From Candidatus Enterousia sp. (GTDB lineage: Bacteria > Pseudomonadota > Alphaproteobacteria > Rs-D84): 64,000 nucleotides of DNA. The stretch spans positions 81,714-145,713 of the forward strand of contig JAZRMF010000001.1 of NCBI GenBank assembly GCA_045647355.1. The letters are read 5' to 3'. Shown here piece by piece: positions 10,546 to 18,271 of the stretch. Below the pieces are notes generated by a model. The model searched no databases and was not told the DNA's origin. It saw only the letters and a list, made by a program, of their open reading frames with translations. A program made the translations under genes and the position numbers. Within the stretch, counting starts at the first letter, position 1, and every line of letters starts with the position of its first letter.

Positions 10546-11103
10546 TTATTTATCATTTATTTTTGAATACACCGCAAAATCTTCGCGTTGATTTAAATAT
10601 GGATTAAATTCACAACTGCGTAATGTACCTTCGTAATCAAATCCGCATTTTTCCGCAACACGACGTGATGCGACATTTGCCGTATTTGCACGTATCATAA
10701 CACGTTTAAAGCCCATATCTAAAAATGCCTGTGTGGTTGTCTTAACGGCCTCGGTCATGAAACCTTGGGACGCATAGTCCATATTTACCCATGCACCAAT
10801 CTCGCAACTTTCGGCGTCCCAATCTATATTGAACATAGAACATGCACCGATAAACGCACCATTTGATTTTATGTACATACCATATGTCGCCTTGGTTTTA
10901 TTTTTCCAACCTTTTTCCACACCACGCAGAAAATCAAATTCTGATTCTGCATTTGGGGCGCCTGCAAGTTTCGGTATATATTTATACGAATCACGATGAC
11001 GTTTGATAATTTCAAACAATTCGTTTGCAAAATCGAACGTCGCAACCAATGGTTTCAGCAACAAACGTTCACTTTGTAATTCTTTGAATTCCTGTGGCGC
11101 CAT
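10546..11103 (-). CDS. GNAT N-acetyltransferase, RimJ/RimL family
   Basis: ERLLLKP, CEIGAWV...QGFMTEAV, NVASRRVAEKCGFDYEG. Confidence 0.9.
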   Translation of the reverse strand: MAPQEFKELQSERLLLKPLVATFDFANELFEIIKRHRDSYKYIPKLAGAPNAESEFDFLRGVEKGWKNKTKATYGMYIKSNGAFIGACSMFNIDWDAESCEIGAWVNMDYASQGFMTEAVKTTTQAFLDMGFKRVMIRANTANVASRRVAEKCGFDYEGTLRSCEFNPYLNQREDFAVYSKINDK

Positions 11104-11832
11104 TTAAAACCTCCCCAAACCACCGTTAATGTGCAGTGTTTGTCCGTTGATATACGATGCTTCGTCAGATGCCAAGAACACACATGCGTTTGCAATATCT
11201 TCGGGTTCACCAAAACGACCCGCCGGTATTTGTGCAAGGTAATTTTTCTTTAATTCTTCTGGTAAAACATCTGTCATTGGTGTTTTGATAAAGCCTGGCG
11301 CAATTGCGTTTGCGGTAATTCCGCGTGATGCCACTTCGGCCGCAATAGATTTAGTCATACCGATCATACCACCTTTGGATGCGGCATAGTTTGCCTGGCC
11401 TGGTCCGCCAATAACCCCGATAATAGACGCCATATTTATAATGCGCCCGAAACGCTGTTTCATCATTGGCATAATCGCCGCGCGGCACATTTTAAAGCAT
11501 GAACGTAAATTAGTATTTAAAACATTATCAAACTGTTCATCGGTCATACGCATTAGTAATGTATCTGCAGTGATACCAGCATTGTTAACCAACACATCTA
11601 ATCTGCCACATTTTTCAATAGCCGCCGCAACCAGTTTTGCCGCACCATCATCAGATGCCAAATCACACGGAATTTTTACAAAACCATCATCAAATTCTGC
11701 GTCCATTTTTTGCGTGTTACGACCAGACACAATCACCGTTGCACCAGATTCCTTCATCTTGCGCGCAATGGCACCACCGATGCCACCGGTCGCCCCAGTA
11801 ATTAATACAACTTTATTTGTTAAATCAAACAT
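11104..11832 (-). CDS. fabG: 3-oxoacyl-ACP reductase
   Basis: TGATGGIG, NNAG, YAASK and IAPGFI SDR motifs; near fabD; start trimmed to MFDLTNK. Confidence 0.95.
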   Translation of the reverse strand: MFDLTNKVVLITGATGGIGGAIARKMKESGATVIVSGRNTQKMDAEFDDGFVKIPCDLASDDGAAKLVAAAIEKCGRLDVLVNNAGITADTLLMRMTDEQFDNVLNTNLRSCFKMCRAAIMPMMKQRFGRIINMASIIGVIGGPGQANYAASKGGMIGMTKSIAAEVASRGITANAIAPGFIKTPMTDVLPEELKKNYLAQIPAGRFGEPEDIANACVFLASDEASYINGQTLHINGGLGRF

Positions 11833-11848
11833 TTTATCCCCCGTGTTT

Positions 11849-12097
11849 TTAAGCATATTGTCTTAATTCTTGCATTTGACCCATCGCCAAATTTTGTTGC
11901 GACATGGATTTTGAAAAGAATAAACGCAAACCGTAATCTAATGTTGTCGTTGGCGTTACAATTAATTTGAACCAATTATTATAAACCAAAGTATAATTTT
12001 CATTGTTCAATTTTGCCAACTTTATAACTTCTGTGATGGCATCACCTATATACGTACCGATATCATATTTTTTAATATTATCCACCTTACTAGCCAT
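11849..12097 (-). CDS. Small hypothetical protein (82 aa) between fabD and fabG
   Basis: Fills the gap with AGAGG SD and 2-nt spacing from the fabD stop. Confidence 0.7.
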   Translation of the reverse strand: MASKVDNIKKYDIGTYIGDAITEVIKLAKLNNENYTLVYNNWFKLIVTPTTTLDYGLRLFFSKSMSQQNLAMGQMQELRQYA

Positions 12098-12099
12098 TT

Positions 12100-12975
12100 T
12101 TATACCTCTAATTTTTTACCTTCCATTTCTGGACAGATTCTTGGGGTTAACCCTGTTAAAACCGAACCTGGGCCAACCTCGATTGTTTCAGTAATTCCCA
12201 TATCATGCATTGCCAAAACACTTTCGCGCCAGCGTACACCATGTGTAATTTGATAAACCAGTGCAGAACGGATTTCATCTGGGTCACTAATAGGTGTGCA
12301 TGTTTTATTCGAAATTAATTGTGCCGCCGGGATTTTTATTTCTGTGTTTGCAAGTGCCGCACGCATTTCTTCTGCGGCAGGTGCCTGAATCCGACAATGA
12401 ACAGGTACAGACAATGCCAAAGGCATGGCGCGACGCGCACCAGCAGATTTGGTGTCTTCCAATGTTTTTTCAACAATATCTTTTGCACCCGATATTACAA
12501 CCTGGCCTGGGGAATTATCATTTGCCAAATCACAGTCATTTTTTGCACAGATTTCACGTACCGTATCTATATCTAATCCTAAAATCACGGCCGTCAAACC
12601 ATGACCCACCGGTACCGCACGTTGCATCGCATCGCCCCGCAAGCGTAATAATTTTGCGGTATCTGCGACAGATAATGCACCCGCCGCACACAGCGCCGTA
12701 TATTCACCCAAAGAATGTCCCGCCACATATTCGGTAAGTGGCACCCCCGATGCGCGTAACATCGCAATAGACGTTGCCATAATTGCAGGCTGAACATTTG
12801 TTGTTAATGTTAAATCTTCCATTGGGCCATTAAAAATAATGTCTGACAATTTCTGATTTAATGCATCATCAACCTCGTCAAAGACGGCACGTGCCGCCGC
12901 ATTATTTTTATACAGTTCATAACCCATACCAACACTTTGGGAACCTTGACCTGGGAATACAAGTATAGATGACAT
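12100..12975 (-). CDS. fabD: Malonyl CoA-ACP transacylase
   Basis: VFPGQGSQ, QPAI, GHSLGEY and ANDNSPGQVVISG; true start MSSILVF (the ORF-track N-terminal extension is spurious). Confidence 0.96.
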   Translation of the reverse strand: MSSILVFPGQGSQSVGMGYELYKNNAAARAVFDEVDDALNQKLSDIIFNGPMEDLTLTTNVQPAIMATSIAMLRASGVPLTEYVAGHSLGEYTALCAAGALSVADTAKLLRLRGDAMQRAVPVGHGLTAVILGLDIDTVREICAKNDCDLANDNSPGQVVISGAKDIVEKTLEDTKSAGARRAMPLALSVPVHCRIQAPAAEEMRAALANTEIKIPAAQLISNKTCTPISDPDEIRSALVYQITHGVRWRESVLAMHDMGITETIEVGPGSVLTGLTPRICPEMEGKKLEV

Positions 12976-13003
12976 ATTTGCCCCTTTGTTATGTACAGGT
13001 GGA

Positions 13004-13543
13004 TTATACTTTTCGAATACTAAATTCGCAACCACAATAATTTTGACGATAAAAGTCTGATTCTCGGTTGATTTTTTGGCGCAAGGCTTCGTCCCATTTG
13101 ACCGGAATATATGGCATGTCGCCCGGGGCAGATTCGCCCGCCGCGTCAACCTGGTGTTGGTCTTTGTGTTTTGACACCCCAAGTACAGATGCCACCGCAT
13201 TATATCCATTTTCGCGTGCAAATCTCTTGGCGTATTCAAAACGATATGCGAAACAAACACTGCATCGCCCGCCACGTTCTGGCTCATTTTCCAATCCACG
13301 AACCGCCGCACGCCATGCGTCATGGTCATATTCACCGATTTTGTATTTTACACCCAATTTTTCACAATATTTTACTTGTTCGTTCATACGTTTTGTGTAT
13401 TCGCTTTCGGGGAAAATATTTGGATTGAAAAATAAAACAATAAAATCGTCCACACCGGGGATTTCGCCGTGTGCCAATTGCTCAATCGCACCCGCGCTGC
13501 ATGGCGCACAACAAGATACCAAAACCAGTTTCATTTTTTCCAT
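13004..13543 (-). CDS. queH: Epoxyqueuosine reductase QueH (DUF208)
   Basis: SCCAPCS, FFNPNI, RCSVCF and YRQNYCGCEFS motifs. Confidence 0.9.
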   Translation of the reverse strand: MEKMKLVLVSCCAPCSAGAIEQLAHGEIPGVDDFIVLFFNPNIFPESEYTKRMNEQVKYCEKLGVKYKIGEYDHDAWRAAVRGLENEPERGGRCSVCFAYRFEYAKRFARENGYNAVASVLGVSKHKDQHQVDAAGESAPGDMPYIPVKWDEALRQKINRESDFYRQNYCGCEFSIRKV

Positions 13544-13553
13544 AGTTTTATCT

Positions 13554-14297
13554 TTAACGTCCTGCATATTTTTCGAACCGTTTAATTGCAGGATTTGCAA
13601 TTTCTACCAATCCTGGATACAAACTGTGTTCTCGAAACCTTTGACGTTCCGCGTTTGAATTCTGAAAATATTTATTGGCATCGTCATTATTTTTGAATAG
13701 TGAAATCTGTACACACGGACGGATAAAATAAAGATCTGGAATGTCACCAACAGATTTTATTAAACGCAGTTCATAAATGTAAATATATGAACTGTTGCTG
13801 GCGAAACTTGCACGACTGTTAAATATAGGTGCACAGCCATCAACAACAACCAAATCTTTGCTGTCTTTTTTGATAACCATTGGATTATACTCTTCAAACG
13901 CATTTTTTATAATGGTGCATGGCTTTCCAAATTTGAAATTACTTTTCAATCTTTTTGATAATGTTGTCGTTTCTGGATTATATGCGGCATTAAACAGTGC
14001 AATTTCTTTCTGGTATGCATCCGCAATCACGGCATTTTCGGTAACATCAGATGCCAAATATTCTTCATAATCTTTTTGTTTACTTAATAAATTATACCCA
14101 TCAGTACAGCGAAAACTATCAGCAAATTGGTATTTTTCTATACCAATATTGCGTCCGTGCCATACTTGTAACACATCGCCAGGCATATAAAAAAACAGTG
14201 CATATACAGCGTTTTCTTTATCATTGCGTTGTAACCCCAGCAAATGTTTATATGCCGTTGATACAGAATATTCTGGAATCACTTTTATGTCTTGCAT
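13554..14297 (-). CDS. Hypothetical protein (247 aa)
   Basis: Long ORF with GGGGGA SD in a co-directional orphan array. Confidence 0.8.
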   Translation of the reverse strand: MQDIKVIPEYSVSTAYKHLLGLQRNDKENAVYALFFYMPGDVLQVWHGRNIGIEKYQFADSFRCTDGYNLLSKQKDYEEYLASDVTENAVIADAYQKEIALFNAAYNPETTTLSKRLKSNFKFGKPCTIIKNAFEEYNPMVIKKDSKDLVVVDGCAPIFNSRASFASNSSYIYIYELRLIKSVGDIPDLYFIRPCVQISLFKNNDDANKYFQNSNAERQRFREHSLYPGLVEIANPAIKRFEKYAGR

Positions 14298-14308
14298 TTA
14301 TTCCCCCA

Positions 14309-14899
14309 TTAACGTGTTTTGGTAAAGAATCTTTTTAAACTAATTGGTACCCTACACACATGACCTTTTTCTGTTATTCGCCTAAGTGTTTTTCTATCGA
14401 CAAAAACTCCGTTGGCGCGGTCTAAATAATTCCAATCTACAAACCGATTAACCTTTGGCCGGCGGGTCTTTGGATCATATGTTCCCGCCAATGTTTGTGT
14501 ACGAACATGAAACACTATCGGTTTTTGTTCAACCGTGGCAACATCAAAATCTAATGGAGAAGCATATTGCTCTCTAACAAATTTATCGACATCATTTGGA
14601 TAAACCAATTTGTCACCAACATAGAGTTTATACGTATCAACAACTTCTTCTTTTATAATTGGGTGATTTTCATAACTTGCGGTTTGGCCAAGTTTATGTC
14701 TTGTATTTGTACTTTCGTGCCTATTTTCATCATATGTTTTAACAACGCACTTTAATTCTATTGTATACGGCATCGAAGAAGAATATGAATTGGTGTAATT
14801 TACCAAATCTTCAAAAGAATTAATTTGTTTTTCATCACCCCCACCCAATGGTGTGCACGGGCCAGTATTAGTTAAATAAAATTCAACAAGTTTCGCCAT
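14309..14899 (-). CDS. Hypothetical protein (196 aa)
   Basis: Long ORF with AAAGGA SD. Confidence 0.8.
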   Translation of the reverse strand: MAKLVEFYLTNTGPCTPLGGGDEKQINSFEDLVNYTNSYSSSMPYTIELKCVVKTYDENRHESTNTRHKLGQTASYENHPIIKEEVVDTYKLYVGDKLVYPNDVDKFVREQYASPLDFDVATVEQKPIVFHVRTQTLAGTYDPKTRRPKVNRFVDWNYLDRANGVFVDRKTLRRITEKGHVCRVPISLKRFFTKTR

Positions 14900-14910
14900 T
14901 TCATATCCTT

Positions 14911-15540
14911 TTATTTACAATATACTTTTTCACGTTTTTGTTTTAACAAATATGTTACATCCGGACACATTTTACCAACAAGACTTTCATCAGATGCCCA
15001 TAAATAATGCCCATTCGTATCAAGGACCCTATCATTTTGTGTAATATTTCGCACGGTCGCAAAATACCTATTATATTTTTCAATAAACACCGGGGTATTA
15101 TTATCCAGTGCAGATTTATCAGGGTTATTTACAATAATTTCTTTGAAATAATGCGGTACACTTAACGCATCACAAATGTCCCCGGGATATATTAATTTGC
15201 CATTTGGAATAAGAATAAAATCTACACACCCACCGTTAAAATTATGTGATTGATAATATTCTTTGTCGGCTTCGTCTTTAATACATACCTGTCGCACCAA
15301 TTTAATATCGTATGTTTTTTTATCCAGATAATATGGATTCCGAACAGTTTGGGCAAAACGTTTACAGAAACTGCGAAAATCGCGTTCCATTTCACGGGTG
15401 CGTCTCATTTTGCCATCTATTTTCACGCCTATTTGATCTCTTTTCGTATGCGAATTCAATTCCAAATGACCTGCTTTTGTATTCCACAAGTAAAAGACGT
15501 CACCATAAATATCAAAAAACACTTCTGATGTCATATACAT
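14911..15540 (-). CDS. Hypothetical protein (209 aa)
   Basis: Long ORF with AAAGGA SD. Confidence 0.8.
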   Translation of the reverse strand: MYMTSEVFFDIYGDVFYLWNTKAGHLELNSHTKRDQIGVKIDGKMRRTREMERDFRSFCKRFAQTVRNPYYLDKKTYDIKLVRQVCIKDEADKEYYQSHNFNGGCVDFILIPNGKLIYPGDICDALSVPHYFKEIIVNNPDKSALDNNTPVFIEKYNRYFATVRNITQNDRVLDTNGHYLWASDESLVGKMCPDVTYLLKQKREKVYCK

Positions 15541-15579
15541 TTTTTATCCTTTTGCGTTTATACTCTCTCGATTGATTAC

Positions 15580-15900
15580 TTAACGACCGTTTTTTTTGCG
15601 CGGATAATTTAACCAATCAGATAAACCGCGATTATATTCATCCCAAACTTCTATTTTTCGTAACCTGGTTTTATTTTGTTCTACAAAACCGCCAATCTTG
15701 GCATGAAAGTTTTTCGTTGTTGTTTCTCGTGTTATCATTACAGGTAATACCCATTCTTCCGCGCAACGATAAAGCTCGGCTTTTAAATAATCTTGCATTT
15801 GCTCTATTTCTGAACTCTTAAACACCGCAACGCGTTTCTTATTCGAAATCTTTGTTTTTGATATAATGGTGTATTCGGTGCTTTTTGCATTCTGTGACAT
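15580..15900 (-). CDS. Hypothetical protein (106 aa), probable paralog of the next ORF
   Basis: AAAGGA SD; N-terminus MSQNAKSTEYTI...F..SEIEQM resembles 15918-16253. Confidence 0.75.
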   Translation of the reverse strand: MSQNAKSTEYTIISKTKISNKKRVAVFKSSEIEQMQDYLKAELYRCAEEWVLPVMITRETTTKNFHAKIGGFVEQNKTRLRKIEVWDEYNRGLSDWLNYPRKKNGR

Positions 15901-15917
15901 AGTTTAATCCTTTTGCG

Positions 15918-16253
15918 TTAATGTTGATACCCAATAAAATCAAAGAATCCTGCATTTGGAGATTTGGGTTCACCAACACGGCAATACCGTTCTACACGAT
16001 AAACCTTTTTACGTGGTTTGTGTGTTTCGGGTGCTTTTTGAGTTTTTAACCACGGAAAGCCATTTTTGGACAAATGATAGTTCATTGTTATTGTTGTTTT
16101 CACTACATCCATATAAATTTCTGATTCATTTTGTTCTTGCACATACTTTATCAGCTCTTGAATTTCTAATTCACTAAATGTCCTCTGGGGGTTCACAGAA
16201 TGGCCCATATATGATGTTACTGTGTATGTAGTATATTTGATATTTTGCGACAT
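15918..16253 (-). CDS. Hypothetical protein (111 aa)
   Basis: AAAGGA SD; N-terminus MSQNIKYTTYTV...FSELEIQEL. Confidence 0.75.
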   Translation of the reverse strand: MSQNIKYTTYTVTSYMGHSVNPQRTFSELEIQELIKYVQEQNESEIYMDVVKTTITMNYHLSKNGFPWLKTQKAPETHKPRKKVYRVERYCRVGEPKSPNAGFFDFIGYQH

Positions 16254-16297
16254 AGTTTTTATCCTTTTACAAAACTACATCCTCTCTCCGTATTGTT

Positions 16298-17917
16298 TTA
16301 TTCTTCTGGTAATTCAATACGTGTGAACAGGTTTTCTGGGACAGTAAATTTTTCACCGTTTGCAATTCTGTGTTCGTACATTGTTGGCCAAGATAAATCA
16401 TGGTTGCCATCAAATATACCGCGAATCTTGTCCGCCGCATCCGGTATAAATGGTGCAGATATACGCGCGAACAAATCAATTAATTGAAAACACTCGTTCA
16501 ACACCGCCGCCGCGGTTGCCGTATCACCATTTTTAACCAATGCCCATGGTTCTTTTTCGGTCATATATTCATTTGCGATACCGTAAATATCGCGCAGGGC
16601 TATAATAGATTTACGGAATTCACATGCGTCCAATGCACCCGTTAATTCCGCTAATTTTTCATTTACACGATGCGCCAATGTTTCATCCATCGTGGCACCG
16701 GTCGGAACCGTGTCACCAAAGTTTTTCTGTGACAGTTTGCATACACGTGACACAAAATTGCCCAACAATCCGTTCAAATCTTTATTAACAATTTCGGCAA
16801 AACGCGTCATTGTAAAGTCTGTATCATCTGTTTCCGGTGCAGATGCAAGCAGGGCATAACGCCAGCAATCAGATGGTGCAATATTTAATGCCTCGTCTAA
16901 AAATATTCCGTTACCGGTTGATTTGGAAATCTTGGCACCATTAAAGTTCAAGAAATTTTGACCCTTTAATACATCAACTGTTTTCCAATTGTCATCCATT
17001 GCCAATTCGTAGGCTGGGAAAAACACAGAATGGAAAGATACATTATCCTTGGCCATGAATTGTGTATAGTGGCAATCTGGGTTTTTCCACCAGGACGCCC
17101 AATCTGGATTTGCAATTTGCGAAATAGAAACATATCCCCATGGTGCATCAAACCACACATAGAAAACTTTGTCTTCGTAACCCGGTTTGTTTACCGGAAT
17201 ACCCCATTTCAAATCACGCGTAATTGGATTATCATGCAATCCTTCGTCCAACCATTTATTTGCAATTTTAATTGCGGTTTTTGGCCAACCAACACGCGAA
17301 TTTATCCATGCGCGCAGTTTATCTTGCATTTTACTTAATTTGAAATACAGATGTTTTGTTTCGCGCATTTCAACCGGGGATGATGGGTCAATAGAACTGT
17401 GTGGATTTATCAATTCATCTGGATCCAGTGACGCACCGCATTTTTCACATTCGTTTCCGTATGCTTTTTCATACCCACACTTTGGACATGTGCCAATAAC
17501 ATAACGGTCGGCCAAGAATTTCTTTTCATTTACAGAATAGGGCTGTTTAGAGGCTTTTTCTTCTATCATGCCCAATGAATCTAAACGATTAAACAATTCA
17601 TGAATCAGTTTTTCATGTTGGGGGGTATGTGTGCGCCCGTATAAATCAAAAGACAATTTGAAATCACGCACCGCGTCCAGGTGTTTTGCACGATATTTAT
17701 CAACATAATCTTCCACCGACATATTCTCGCGTGCCGCGCCGATTTCGGATGTTGTTCCATGTTCATCAGACCCGCCAATATACAAAACATCACGACCCAT
17801 TGCACGACAGAAACGGGCGTATACATCAGACGGCAATAAACAGCCAATTAAATGCCCAATATGCAAATTATTATTTACGTATGGTAATGCCGAAGTAATA
17901 AGATATTTTTTGCTCAT
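16298..17917 (-). CDS. metG: Methionine--tRNA ligase (short form without C-terminal tRNA-binding domain)
   Basis: ITSALPYVN..HIGH, SDEHG, CPKC/CEKC knuckles, YVWFDAP and KISKS. Confidence 0.97.
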   Translation of the reverse strand: MSKKYLITSALPYVNNNLHIGHLIGCLLPSDVYARFCRAMGRDVLYIGGSDEHGTTSEIGAARENMSVEDYVDKYRAKHLDAVRDFKLSFDLYGRTHTPQHEKLIHELFNRLDSLGMIEEKASKQPYSVNEKKFLADRYVIGTCPKCGYEKAYGNECEKCGASLDPDELINPHSSIDPSSPVEMRETKHLYFKLSKMQDKLRAWINSRVGWPKTAIKIANKWLDEGLHDNPITRDLKWGIPVNKPGYEDKVFYVWFDAPWGYVSISQIANPDWASWWKNPDCHYTQFMAKDNVSFHSVFFPAYELAMDDNWKTVDVLKGQNFLNFNGAKISKSTGNGIFLDEALNIAPSDCWRYALLASAPETDDTDFTMTRFAEIVNKDLNGLLGNFVSRVCKLSQKNFGDTVPTGATMDETLAHRVNEKLAELTGALDACEFRKSIIALRDIYGIANEYMTEKEPWALVKNGDTATAAAVLNECFQLIDLFARISAPFIPDAADKIRGIFDGNHDLSWPTMYEHRIANGEKFTVPENLFTRIELPEE

Positions 17918-17935
17918 TTACCCATCCTTTTTATG

Positions 17936-17962
17936 AAAAAGGGACGCCAAACGGGGCGTCCC
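17936..17962 (-). terminator. Attenuator terminator upstream of metG
   Basis: Minus strand GGGACGCC-CCGTTT-GGCGTCCC-TTTTT (8-bp stem), about 20 nt before the metG start. Confidence 0.85.
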
Positions 17963-17992
17963 AAAGAATCCCGTTCAAACTTGTTCTAAAAA

Positions 17993-18010
17993 TTAGTTTT
18001 GCATTCGCAT
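17993..18010 (-). CDS. Putative metG leader peptide MRMQN
   Basis: ATG CGA ATG CAA AAC TAA preceded by AGAGGA; two Met codons; followed by antiterminator/terminator sequences. Confidence 0.55.
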   Translation of the reverse strand: MRMQN

Positions 18011-18036
18011 TTTTTATCTTTTGTCCTCTGAAAATC

Positions 18037-18113
18037 TGGTGGGTGATATTGGACTCGAACCAACGACCTTTACGATGTCAACGTAACGCTCTAACCAACT
18101 GAGCTAATCACCC
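18037..18113 (-). tRNA. tRNA-Val(GAC)
   Basis: GGGTGATTAGCTCAGTTGGTTAGAGCG...TTGACAT loop...GGTTCGAGTCC...ACCA. Confidence 0.96.
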
Positions 18114-18125
18114 AAGGCAGTCGCC

Positions 18126-18153
18126 ATTATAACAAAGAATTTGGCGATTGCAA
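18126..18153 (-). promoter_or_regulatory. Promoter for tRNA-Val (and probably metG)
   Basis: TTGCAA-16 nt-TATAAT with extended -10 TG. Confidence 0.7.
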
Positions 18154-18157
18154 GTTT

Positions 18158-18266
18158 TTAGTGGTTAGTGTTAGTGGATAGTTGTTAGTGCGGGTATCTG
18201 GAATATTTTCACAATCACGAAATTGTTCCAGATATTACTAACCACTTACACTAGCCACTAACCACT
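18158..18266. repeat. About 110-bp imperfect palindrome with TTAGTG(G) repeat arms (MITE/REP-like)
   Basis: AGTGGTTAGTG (18160-70) and CACTAACCACT (18256-66) terminal IR; inner TATCTGGAA/TTCCAGATA IR. Confidence 0.75.
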
Positions 18267-18271
18267 CTCTG

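Noticed and set aside
12976-13335. N-terminal extension of fabD in the ORF track (411 aa)
   Set aside because: It overlaps queH in another frame; the real FabD starts at 12975 after an AAAGGGG SD.
17918-18036. SAM riboswitch or T-box upstream of metG
   Set aside because: No SAM-I, SAM-II or T-box consensus recognisable in the ~120-nt gap.
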